A stretch of 26,692 bases of DNA, from the IMG/VR virus record IMGVR_UViG_2740892270_000008. One strand, given 5' to 3'. A program made the position numbers and the translations under genes. Under the pieces are notes generated by a model. That model was not told the origin of the DNA. It made no database searches and saw only the letters and a program-made list of their open reading frames with translations. The stretch comes from a virus. Taxonomy: Duplodnaviria; Heunggongvirae; Uroviricota; Caudoviricetes. Positions 16,557-24,800 of the stretch are shown piece by piece. Position 1 is the first letter of the stretch. Each line of letters starts with the position of its first letter.

Positions 16557-17789
16557 TTCGAAACAGACGCGGATGTTCATGCCCGCTCATTCACGGCAGC
16601 AAAAACGGCACGGCTGGATGTGGTAACCACATTACAGGCCGAAGTGCAGCGGGCCATTGATGAGGGGATTTCACAGAAAGAATTTATCCGCACACTGACG
16701 CCACGCCTGCAAAAGCTGGGATGGTGGGGAAAGCAGATTGTGGTGGACAGCGACGGTAACGCGGAAGAAGTGCAGCAGGGCAGTCCCCGTCGTCTGGCGC
16801 TGATTTACAACGTGAACACCCGTGTGGCTTACAATGCCGGGCGTTACACGCAGATGATGAACAACACGGACACGCATCCGTTCTGGCAGTATGTGGCGGT
16901 CATGGACAGCCGTACCCGCCCGTCGCATTCCGCCCTTAACGGTCTGGTATTCCGCTATGACGATCCGTTCTGGAAAACACACTACCCGCCCAATGGCTGG
17001 AACTGCCGCTGCCGTGTGCGGCCATTGTCTCAGGCCCGTCTGGATGCAATGGGGTTATCCGTTTCATCCGGTGAGGATCATCTCTCCACCCGCAATGTTG
17101 AGGCTGGCGTGGATAAACAGACCGGAGAAGTCAGAGAAATGCCGGTGACCACATATTCAGATGGCGCCAGAACCATGACACCGGATGTGGGCTGGTCATA
17201 TAACCCCGGCTCGGCAGCGTTCGGCACAGACCAGGCGCTGATCCGCAAACTGATCGAGGTGAAAAGCCCGGCGTTACGGGAAATGGTGGTTCAGGAGATG
17301 AACAACAGCCCGGAGCGGCAGCTGGCGTTCCGCATCTGGGCAAAAAACATCATGCAGACCCGGCGAGGTGGTAACGATATCCGCACGCTGGGCTTTATGA
17401 CTGAAAGCATTGCGCAGGCAGTGGAAAGCCGGACGGGAACGCCACCGGCCCGCCTGCTGGCGATGAGCGGTAAAAATGTGCTCCATGCGGACAGTGTGAA
17501 ACATCAGAATGACGGCATCGCTCTGACGCCGGAGGACTTCGGGCGCTTACCGGCAATGCTGGCAAGGCCAAAAGCGGTACTGTGGGACAAACGGCACAAC
17601 AATCTGATGTATATCGTGGAAAATCAGGATGGCAGTGTGCAGATTGCCGTTAATGCACCGTACAGTCTGAAACGTCAGCCCGACAAACTGGATGTGATTG
17701 TGAATGCTTACCGGGTTATCAATATGGATAAGCTGAAATCGGATATCCGGGGCGGAATGCTTGAGGTGCTGGAAGGACAAATTGATTAA
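16557..17789 (+). CDS. Head morphogenesis protein F (MuF family); N-terminus inside N-masked block
   Basis: MuF-domain core ...IYNVNTRVAYNAGRYTQMMN...FWQYVAVMDSRTRPSHSALNGLVF...NGWNCRCRVRP; about 250 aa of C-terminal sequence follows the core. Confidence 0.8.
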   Translation, partial: FETDADVHARSFTAAKTARLDVVTTLQAEVQRAIDEGISQKEFIRTLTPRLQKLGWWGKQIVVDSDGNAEEVQQGSPRRLALIYNVNTRVAYNAGRYTQMMNNTDTHPFWQYVAVMDSRTRPSHSALNGLVFRYDDPFWKTHYPPNGWNCRCRVRPLSQARLDAMGLSVSSGEDHLSTRNVEAGVDKQTGEVREMPVTTYSDGARTMTPDVGWSYNPGSAAFGTDQALIRKLIEVKSPALREMVVQEMNNSPERQLAFRIWAKNIMQTRRGGNDIRTLGFMTESIAQAVESRTGTPPARLLAMSGKNVLHADSVKHQNDGIALTPEDFGRLPAMLARPKAVLWDKRHNNLMYIVENQDGSVQIAVNAPYSLKRQPDKLDVIVNAYRVINMDKLKSDIRGGMLEVLEGQID

Positions 17790-17872
17790 CGGTCAGTGGC
17801 GGGGGTCGAACCCGCATACATGATCCACCCGGAGGCAGGCACCGACTTTACCAGTTAAGCGTACACTGACCG
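17790..17872 (-). other. tRNA-like structured element (T-arm-like hairpin inside a 9-bp terminal inverted repeat); not a canonical tRNA
   Basis: Minus-strand reading: CGGTCAGTG...GCGGG-TTCGACC-CCCGC-CACTGACCG; ends pair perfectly over 9 bp; GCGGG/CCCGC stem with TTCGA-containing 7-nt loop mimics a tRNA T-arm; no convincing anticodon arm found by hand. Confidence 0.3.
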
Positions 17873-17910
17873 CCTGTTTATTTTATATTCATCCTTTATG
17901 CGGAGGCAAT

Positions 17911-18381
17911 ATGTCATCCATTGATGCAGCTGTCGTTGTTGACGTTACGCGTCTCCAGCGAGTGTTTGCCCGGCTTCAGTTTGTGGGCGGCGGAAAAGAC
18001 CTGGCCCGCNNNNNNNNNNNNNNNNNNNNNNNNNNNNNNNNNNNNNNNNNNNNNNNNNNNNNNNNNNNNNNNNNNNNNNNNNNNNNNNNNNNNNNNNNNN
18101 NNNNNNNNNNNNNNNNNNNNNNNNNNNNNNNNNNNNNNNNNNNNNNNNNNNNNNNNNNNNNNNNNNNNNNNNNNNNNNNNNNNNNNNNNNNNNNNNNNNN
18201 NNNNNNNNNNNNNNNNNNNNNNNNNNNNNNNNNNNNNNNNNNNNNNNNNNNNNNNNNNNGTATGCCACCGGGACCGGCGGCCATTGGCGCACGTCCGTAT
18301 ATGGGCTTTGATCAGGTGGCAGAACAGGAGATCATGGACGAAATCAGAAAACGCTTTAAAAAGGCCACAGAAACGCCGTAA
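17911..18381 (+). CDS. Virion morphogenesis protein G-like (Mu gp31-like); middle masked
   Basis: ORF stays in frame across the 249-nt mask (83 codons), giving 156 aa, which matches the size of Mu G as recalled; SD GGAGG upstream. Confidence 0.6.
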   Translation: MSSIDAAVVVDVTRLQRVFARLQFVGGGKDLARXXXXXXXXXXXXXXXXXXXXXXXXXXXXXXXXXXXXXXXXXXXXXXXXXXXXXXXXXXXXXXXXXXXXXXXXXXXXXXXXXXXXMPPGPAAIGARPYMGFDQVAEQEIMDEIRKRFKKATETP

Positions 18382-18558
18382 TGGTTTAAGGTATGCAAAC
18401 GTATTACCTTACCCCCTTCAGGCGCGTGTCGTGATTTTCTAACCTGTATTTAACGGGCTTTAAAATCTGCGTGAAGCGCCTTTCTCATTCCCCCCCTGTC
18501 AGCACTTTCTGAAGTCCCGCAAAACCAGCCCCAAAAATACCCGGCTTATGCTGCCGGT
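18382..18558. promoter_or_regulatory. G-I intergenic region; candidate strong gyrase site (SGS) equivalent
   Basis: 177-bp non-coding spacer ~17.9 kb from the proposed left end; Mu carries its central SGS between G and I at ~18.1 kb; 6-bp stem hairpin AAGGTA-11 nt-TACCTT just after G stop. Confidence 0.3.
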
Positions 18559-19692
18559 ATGAAGACAGAAAATCACCCAAAAGACGCAAATCGCCCCTCC
18601 GGTTTAGCCGTGCTTTCAGCTTCGCTGACTGCATCCGGCGACGGATGGTGTCAGTTACTGCCAGCCGGTCGGGTAAAGGCCCGTGACGGTCGCCCGGAAA
18701 AACCGACTGAAGGCTGGCTGATTAACGAATCCGCCTGTAACCGGATGAAAGCCGGGCTTTCCGCCCTGCATCAGCCGTTACTGATTGATTATGACCATCA
18801 CTCCGTGAATGCGCAGAAAAACGGATTCAAGGCTATTGCTGCAGGATGGGTTAAGCCGGAAAACATCGAATGGCGTGAGGGTCAGGGGATTTTCATTAAA
18901 CCTGAATGGACACCACAGGCACAAAAACATATTGATGACCGTGAATATGCCTATCTGTCTGCATATATGCATTATTTCGCTGACACCGGGGAACCCTACC
19001 TGTTGCGCATGGCTTCCCTGACGAATGATCCGGGTATTACGGGTATGAACCCTGTCGCGGCACTCAGTGCTGATGATCTCTATGTCGTTTCCCCTTCTCA
19101 GGAGCAATCCCCCATGAATGAGCAATTACGCCAGTTGCTGACGGCGCTCGGTCTGACCGTGGCTGACGGTGACGAATTTACACCGGAACTGGGCACGGCG
19201 GCGCTGTCTGCCCTTACCGGGATCAAAACCCGTGCGGATGCGCACGACACCCTGAAAACGCAGGTTGCCAGCCTGTCGGCAGAACTGGAAACCGCAAAAG
19301 GCACACCAACTGGCGGCACTATTGATCTGACGAAATATGTGCCCGTTGAGACGTATAACGCCCTGCGTACCGAATATGCCGCGCTGTCGGCACAACACGG
19401 CAGCACCACGCTGGAGCAGTTGCTGGATAAGGCCGAGTCCGAAGGACGCATTTTCAAAAGCGAACGCGGATACATGGAAGGACTCGGACAACAGATTGGC
19501 GTCGCGGCACTTTCTGCACAGCTTGACGCCCGCCAGCCGGTTGCGGCTCTGACCACTCTTCAGACCGACACCGTAACCGTGCCGGATAAAAAGACCGCCA
19601 CCGCTGTGCTGTCGGCTGAAGATATCGCCGCCGCACGTCTGTTGGGTAAAACCGAAGCCGAGTTCCTGAAAATGAAAGAGGAAATGCAATAA
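18559..19692 (+). CDS. Prohead protease/scaffold protein I (Mu gpI-like)
   Basis: 377 aa directly upstream of major head gene; Ala/Leu/Thr-rich helical C-terminal half typical of scaffold; position as Mu I. Confidence 0.75.
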   Translation: MKTENHPKDANRPSGLAVLSASLTASGDGWCQLLPAGRVKARDGRPEKPTEGWLINESACNRMKAGLSALHQPLLIDYDHHSVNAQKNGFKAIAAGWVKPENIEWREGQGIFIKPEWTPQAQKHIDDREYAYLSAYMHYFADTGEPYLLRMASLTNDPGITGMNPVAALSADDLYVVSPSQEQSPMNEQLRQLLTALGLTVADGDEFTPELGTAALSALTGIKTRADAHDTLKTQVASLSAELETAKGTPTGGTIDLTKYVPVETYNALRTEYAALSAQHGSTTLEQLLDKAESEGRIFKSERGYMEGLGQQIGVAALSAQLDARQPVAALTTLQTDTVTVPDKKTATAVLSAEDIAAARLLGKTEAEFLKMKEEMQ

Positions 19693-20639
19693 TGCCTACC
19701 CCGATTACACCGGCGATGATCACCGCCCTGATGACGGGCTACCGTTCTGATTTTCAGGCCGGGATGTCCATGGCTCCGTCGCAGTACCAGAAAATTGCGA
19801 TGACCGTGCCGTCCACCTCGAAATCCAACACCTACGGCTGGCTGGGGCAGTTCCCGCAGTTCCGTGAGTGGATCGGCTCCCGCGTCATCGAGAAGATGAA
19901 AGCCTATGGCTACGCCATCGTGAACAAAACCTTTGAAGGCACCGTTGCCATTAGCCGCGATGACTTTGAAGACGACAATCTCGGCATCTACTCCCCGTTA
20001 TTCCAGGAAATGGGTCGTGCCGCTGCGGCACAACCGGATGAACTGGTCTTTGCTGCACTGCGTGATGGTCTGAATGCGGCCTGCTATGACGGCCAGAACT
20101 TCTTTGATACCGAACACCCTGTTTACCCCAAAGTGGATGGCTCCGGTGATGCACAGATGGTCAGCAATATGTTTGTGGCAAAAACCGGCTCTGTCGGTGC
20201 ACAGGCGGATTACAGCGGCCCGGCCTGGTATCTGCTTGACTGCTCCCGCGCGGTAAAACCGCTGATTTATCAGGATCGCCGCAAAGCCGAACTGGTTGCC
20301 CAGACAAAAGTCGATGAAGGCCGTGCGTTTACTGATAACGAGTTTGTGTTCGGTGCTTCCGCCCGTCGCAATGTGGGCTACGGCTTCTGGCAGATGGCCT
20401 ACATGATGCAGTCACCGCTGACGCTGGATGCGCTGTGGCACGGCTGGTCAGCCATGCGTGACTTTAAGGCTGACGGTGGCCGCAAACTCGGCATCAAACC
20501 CACCCATATTGTTGTCCCCACCTCGCTGGAAAAACAGGCGGTGCAGCTGCTGGAGCGCGAGCTGTTCGCAGACGGTAACGCCACAGTCTCTAACGAGATG
20601 AAGGGCAAGCTGGAGCTGGTTGTCGCGGATTATCTGTAA
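19692..20639 (+). CDS. Major head subunit T (Mu gpT-like)
   Basis: 315 aa, ATGA-coupled... start overlaps I stop (TAATG); size and position match Mu T. Confidence 0.8.
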   Translation: MPTPITPAMITALMTGYRSDFQAGMSMAPSQYQKIAMTVPSTSKSNTYGWLGQFPQFREWIGSRVIEKMKAYGYAIVNKTFEGTVAISRDDFEDDNLGIYSPLFQEMGRAAAAQPDELVFAALRDGLNAACYDGQNFFDTEHPVYPKVDGSGDAQMVSNMFVAKTGSVGAQADYSGPAWYLLDCSRAVKPLIYQDRRKAELVAQTKVDEGRAFTDNEFVFGASARRNVGYGFWQMAYMMQSPLTLDALWHGWSAMRDFKADGGRKLGIKPTHIVVPTSLEKQAVQLLERELFADGNATVSNEMKGKLELVVADYL

Positions 20640-20682
20640 ACGGTGAGCCGGGCTTACGGCCCGGCCCCTGCGGAGGGCAAAT

Positions 20683-21042
20683 ATGAATGAACATCACACT
20701 GTGGCAGCAACAGATGATTCAGGCCTTCAGGTCAGTGGTGACAGTCCTGTCACGGTACTGGCAGAAGTGCGTTGCAGTCGTACGCATTTTCGTCGTGCGG
20801 GGTTCCTGTTCATGCGGGGACGCCAGCAGGTTGACGTCACCCCGGAGCAGCTTGCCCGACTGGAAGCGGAGCCATGCCTCACTGTACGAATACTACAGAC
20901 GCCTGGTGATGATGCGGGAGCCGTGGCGGGTGTGGTTCATGCAGAGACCGGTGCAGATTTAGCCGAAGCCGAAACCGTACAGGATGCTCCCCGGAAAAAG
21001 ACCGGCAATAACGCCAGACAGGCGAAAAAGGCGCGCGCATGA
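20683..21042 (+). CDS. Hypothetical head-region protein (Mu gp35 position)
   Basis: 119-aa frame preferred over overlapping alternative frame 20687..20962 because its stop overlaps the next gene start (ATGA) and SD GGAGGG lies 5 nt upstream. Confidence 0.45.
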   Translation: MNEHHTVAATDDSGLQVSGDSPVTVLAEVRCSRTHFRRAGFLFMRGRQQVDVTPEQLARLEAEPCLTVRILQTPGDDAGAVAGVVHAETGADLAEAETVQDAPRKKTGNNARQAKKARA

Positions 21043-21458
21043 ATTACGCCACCGAAACCGATATGCGGGCACGTTACCGCGAGGATTTGCTCAGGCCATT
21101 ACTGGCCGTGCCCCGTTCGGATGAACCGGACACGCGCAAGCTGAACCGGGCACTGACGGACGCGTCTGCCCTTATCGACAGCTATCTGTCTTCCCGTTAC
21201 ACGCTGCCGCTGGCGGTGGTTCCGGCGGTCCTTGTTCAGCATTGCTGCACGATTGCCTTTTATTACCTGTGCGATCAGCGGGCATCCGATCAGGCGCGTG
21301 ACCGTTACCGTGAGGCGCTGGCCTGGCTGAAAGATGTCATGAACGGTAACGTGCCGGTCGGCGTGGATACAGACGGTGCGGCCCCTGAATCCGGGGATTT
21401 ACCGCAGGTGCAGTCTGATGCGGCGGTGTTCGGGCGCAACCAGAAGGGCTTTATATGA
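21039..21458 (+). CDS. Mu gp36-like protein (DUF1320 family, head-tail joining region)
   Basis: 139 aa; pattern ...LTDASALIDSYLSSRYTLPL...P.VL...C..IAFYYL resembles gp36/DUF1320 proteins as recalled. Confidence 0.65.
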   Translation: MNYATETDMRARYREDLLRPLLAVPRSDEPDTRKLNRALTDASALIDSYLSSRYTLPLAVVPAVLVQHCCTIAFYYLCDQRASDQARDRYREALAWLKDVMNGNVPVGVDTDGAAPESGDLPQVQSDAAVFGRNQKGFI

Positions 21459-22018
21459 TTACGGAAACCGAGCAGGCGTACATCGCCCGTATCCGTGAGT
21501 ATTTCGGGAATGAACTGGTGTCTGTTGACACACATCCCGGCGACTGGAGCGACAGCGTACTGCGCACCATGCTGATTAACGCCCCGGCTATCTATGTTGC
21601 CTGGCTGGGTGCCGGTGAAGGGCGTACCCGTGGGCGTCTGGTCAGTCACTGGGTGTTCTACGTCATCGGCGACATGCTCAATGGCCGTGAGGTCAGCCGT
21701 CCCGGGCTTTATCAGATTGTGGCCCGCCTGATTACCGTGCTGGACGGCTTCAGAGCAGAAAAAACCTCACCGCTTTACTTTGAAAAGGCGGTCAACGGTT
21801 ACACCGAAACGCAGGCAGGCAGCGGTGCCGTGATGTACGCCCTGTATTTCTCATGCGAGGAAATGATCGACCCGCTGACGGATATCAGCTCGCTGGATGA
21901 TTTCCTGCGCCATTACGAAACCTTTACCGAACCGGAAGGCACGCCGGAATTTAAGGCACACATCCGTCTGCCTGGTGCAACTGCCGCCGGTGAAAACGCC
22001 GGACTGTCAGAGGAATAA
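21455..22018 (+). CDS. Mu gp37-like protein
   Basis: 187-aa ORF, ATGA-coupled to gp36-like; position in Mu order. Confidence 0.6.
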   Translation: MITETEQAYIARIREYFGNELVSVDTHPGDWSDSVLRTMLINAPAIYVAWLGAGEGRTRGRLVSHWVFYVIGDMLNGREVSRPGLYQIVARLITVLDGFRAEKTSPLYFEKAVNGYTETQAGSGAVMYALYFSCEEMIDPLTDISSLDDFLRHYETFTEPEGTPEFKAHIRLPGATAAGENAGLSEE

Positions 22019-22021
22019 CAG

Positions 22022-22300
22022 ATGACAACCATTTTTATTAAACCTGCGCCGGGATGCCTGATCCGCGATCCCGACACGATGACTCCGCTCTCTCAGGACG
22101 GGGAAGAGAAACCCTTCACTCCGTTCTGGTGCCGCCGTCTTAATGATGGCGACGTCATTGTGGTGGATAAAACGGCGGAGCCTGCCCCGGCTGCCACAAC
22201 TGCTAATACCGGCGCGGCGGCAAAACCAGCGGGAGCGGTAGCAGAAAAAACTGCGGCGGTGGCTGAAAAAACCGCAGCATCAGATAAGGGGACGTCCTGA
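22022..22300 (+). CDS. Mu gp38-like small protein with Ala/Thr-rich C-terminal tail
   Basis: 92 aa immediately before tail sheath; low-complexity AAKPAGAVAEKTAAVAEKTAA tail. Confidence 0.55.
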   Translation: MTTIFIKPAPGCLIRDPDTMTPLSQDGEEKPFTPFWCRRLNDGDVIVVDKTAEPAPAATTANTGAAAKPAGAVAEKTAAVAEKTAASDKGTS

Positions 22301-23808
22301 TGATTAACTTTGATTATATCGGCGATAACAATCGCATTCCGCTGGTACAGATTGAAATCAATAATTCAATGGCCGTGACCGGCACTCCACCACAGCGTCA
22401 GGCGGTACTGTTGTTTGGTCAGGCTGCAATGAAAGACACTACCATTCAGGGGCGCGGTCAGCTTGATGTACCAGTACGTATTACCCGAGCTTCACAAGCA
22501 AGAGAACTCTGGGGGCGAGGTTCCATGATTGCACTGATGGTAGAGGAATTTATCGCCATTAACCCTGACACAGAGTTATATGCCATTGCACAGGGGGCTG
22601 GAACAGGTCAGTCCAGGGCATGCGTGATGAATATCATTGGAACAGCATTGGCAGACGGGGTGTTAAGTGTTTACATCGGCGGTCGCCGTTACCTCCTGCC
22701 CGTCAGTAAGGGGAAAAAAGGTAAAGAGCTTGTGGAAGAGCTGGCTAAGGTCATTAACGCTGACACTGATGCGCCATTCACTGCTATCGCAGCTGAAGTC
22801 AGTGGTGATAATGCTGAAGGACTTAAAGGCAGCATGGGGGTTAACGCCCGCTTTATCGGTGAATGCTCAGCTCATGATTTACGGGTGAACTATTATGACG
22901 GTGAAACTACACCGGCCGGTCTTACGCTGGAGCTCGTCGCGCCAACACAGAAGGCAACAAACCCCGATATCACCCGTAGCGTCTCAGGGATGGGGAATCG
23001 TCAGTACAACTACATCGTCATGCCCTATAAGGATGCGGCAAATCTCAAAATTCTGGCGGATGAACTGCTGAAACGCTGGGGACCGGTAAAAATGTCGGAC
23101 GGTATGGTCTGGATGGCGCATACCGGCACCTTCGGTACGGCAACCAGTTTTGGTGAATCCCGTAATGACTTCCTGTTTACCTGCACTTCTATTCCTAAAG
23201 CACCAGAGCCGGATTATGTCTGGGCTGCCTCCATTTGTGCGGTCTGTGCGCCCTCCCTGTCAACGGATCCGGCCCGACCATTACAGANNNNNNNNNNNNN
23301 NNNNNNNNNNNNNNNNNNNNNNNNNNNNNNNNNNNNNNNNNNNNNNNNNNNNNNNNNNNNNNNNNNNNNNNNNNNNNNNNNNNNNNNNNNNNNNNNNNNN
23401 NNNNNNNNNNNNNNNNNNNNNNNNNNNNNNNNNNNNNNNNNNNNNNNNNNNNNNNNNNNNNNNNNNNNNNNNNNNNNNNNNNNNNNNNNNNNNNNNNNNN
23501 NNNNNNNNNNNNNNNNNNNNNNNNNNNNNNNNNNNNNGCAGCGTTTTCCGCGCCATAAACTGGCTGATGACGGGACGCCCGTTCGTGCCGGTCAGAATAT
23601 CGTGACACCGGAGATCATGAAACTTCAGTTAATTTCGCTGGGGGAAGAATGGGTGGATCTGGGACTGGTCGAAAATCTGGACACCTTTAAAAAGAATCTG
23701 CTCGTGGAGCGCAACACAAAAGACCGTAACCGTCTGGATGTGATGTGTACACCGGATCTGGTTAACCAGTTCCGCTTCATGGCCGCGCAGATCCGTTTCA
23801 TTTTGTGA
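22300..23808 (+). CDS. Contractile tail sheath protein L (middle masked)
   Basis: 502-aa frame continuous across mask 23288-23537; position before tail tube; size near Mu L. Confidence 0.8.
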   Translation: MINFDYIGDNNRIPLVQIEINNSMAVTGTPPQRQAVLLFGQAAMKDTTIQGRGQLDVPVRITRASQARELWGRGSMIALMVEEFIAINPDTELYAIAQGAGTGQSRACVMNIIGTALADGVLSVYIGGRRYLLPVSKGKKGKELVEELAKVINADTDAPFTAIAAEVSGDNAEGLKGSMGVNARFIGECSAHDLRVNYYDGETTPAGLTLELVAPTQKATNPDITRSVSGMGNRQYNYIVMPYKDAANLKILADELLKRWGPVKMSDGMVWMAHTGTFGTATSFGESRNDFLFTCTSIPKAPEPDYVWAASICAVCAPSLSTDPARPLQXXXXXXXXXXXXXXXXXXXXXXXXXXXXXXXXXXXXXXXXXXXXXXXXXXXXXXXXXXXXXXXXXXXXXXXXXXXXXXXXXXXXQRFPRHKLADDGTPVRAGQNIVTPEIMKLQLISLGEEWVDLGLVENLDTFKKNLLVERNTKDRNRLDVMCTPDLVNQFRFMAAQIRFIL

Positions 23809-23816
23809 GGTAAGGC

Positions 23817-24182
23817 ATGAGCGGAAAACAGTATCAGGGCACGGCCACCATCCGTGTGAACGGGCAGGAGTACGACACCCTTGAGGGGGCCACGTTCTCC
23901 CCGTCCGGCTTTGAGCGTGAAGTGGTGAAAGGCGCGAAAGTTTACGGCTATCGCGAGAAACCCCGTGAGGCGACGCTGGACTGTAAATTCCCGGCGGGCG
24001 GAGAAGGTTCACCGGCTGCCGATGAAATCAACACCTGGACTGCGGTCACGATTGAGTTCGTGGCCGATACCGGTGAAGTCCACATGATGACGAAGGCCTG
24101 GAGCAGTGAACCGGCCTCGCTTGACGGTGGTGGTGATATCTCCGCGAAGTTCGCCAGCGCCACCAGTACCCGTGTCCAGTAA
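23817..24182 (+). CDS. Tail tube protein M
   Basis: 121 aa following sheath; SD GAGGTAAGG upstream. Confidence 0.75.
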   Translation: MSGKQYQGTATIRVNGQEYDTLEGATFSPSGFEREVVKGAKVYGYREKPREATLDCKFPAGGEGSPAADEINTWTAVTIEFVADTGEVHMMTKAWSSEPASLDGGGDISAKFASATSTRVQ

Positions 24183-24196
24183 TCAGGAAAAATGTA

Positions 24197-24673
24197 ATGA
24201 GCACACGTAAGAAAAAAACGGCGGTTTCTGACGAGGCCGTGATGGAGGCTATCCGGGATGCACTTGAAGACGGCGATCCCCGCACCGCCGGGCTGGCTGA
24301 ACAACTGGCGAACGGCTATGTGGATCTGCTCGACGGTCTGCCGTTCGGGGAATCCCGTGAATACCGCGTCACCTTCCGCGAACTGACGGCAAAAGACAGC
24401 ATTGATGCGGAGAGCGAGGCCGAGCGTCTTATGGAAACCCGAAACGGTCCGGTTCTTGTGGCCTCACCGGCACTGCGCGGCATTGCGCTGCTGCGCCGTC
24501 AGATTGCCGCTGTCGGCCAGATTGAGGGGCCATTGTCTCCGCGTCAGATAGGACAGCTCAGCGAGCGCGATCTCTCCCGACTGATGGCGGCAGTAAGCCT
24601 GCTTGATTCCGCGATGGCCGGAAAGCTGGTCGCTGAACGGGGGCGACCAGATGCAGTGCCGGGATCAGATTGA
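24197..24673 (+). CDS. Tail assembly chaperone (Mu gp41 position)
   Basis: 158-aa acidic protein between tube and tape measure; overlapping downstream ORF in another frame suggests a frameshift partner. Confidence 0.6.
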   Translation: MSTRKKKTAVSDEAVMEAIRDALEDGDPRTAGLAEQLANGYVDLLDGLPFGESREYRVTFRELTAKDSIDAESEAERLMETRNGPVLVASPALRGIALLRRQIAAVGQIEGPLSPRQIGQLSERDLSRLMAAVSLLDSAMAGKLVAERGRPDAVPGSD

Positions 24674-24797
24674 AGAAGCCGCAATTGTGCTGGGGATGGT
24701 GACAAAAAGCGGCCCGGAGTGGGCGCTTAACCTCCCCTTATCGCAGCTTTACCGGCACTGCCGACAGACCGAAAAAATTCTCAGAACGAAGCAGTAA
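24603..24797 (+). CDS. Possible frameshift-extension ORF of the tail chaperone (+1 frame)
   Basis: Frame 0 ORF overlaps chaperone 3' end by 71 nt and ends 3 nt before tape-measure ATG; no own ATG (track start is TTG); no canonical slippery heptamer identified by eye. Confidence 0.3.
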   Translation: MIPRWPESWSLNGGDQMQCRDQIEEAAIVLGMVTKSGPEWALNLPLSQLYRHCRQTEKILRTKQ

Positions 24798-24800
24798 CCC

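Noticed and set aside
14880-17789. Single 969-aa ORF in the track spanning portal and F
   Set aside because: Created by translating the 250-nt N block as X; the N-terminal part is a portal and the C-terminal part is a MuF-family protein, which are two genes whose junction lies in the mask.
17790-17872. Canonical tRNA gene
   Set aside because: Acceptor-like and T-arm-like pairings exist but no 5-bp anticodon stem with 7-nt loop could be folded by hand and the 3' end lacks CCA; kept only as a tRNA-like structured element.
18382-18558. Anti-CRISPR/aca cargo in the G-I spacer (the site used by Pseudomonas Mu-like phages)
   Set aside because: No ORF longer than ~13 codons with a start codon in this interval; the spacer is non-coding.
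18778-19723. Minus-strand ORFs inside gene I (18778..19125, 19098..19556, 19126..19689, 19454..19723)
   Set aside because: Antisense artefacts in a GC-rich Ala-rich coding region.
20687-20962. Alternative-frame ORF 20687..20962 downstream of the major head gene
   Set aside because: The overlapping frame 20683..21042 ends in an ATGA overlap with the next gene and has the better SD spacing; only one of the two is likely translated.
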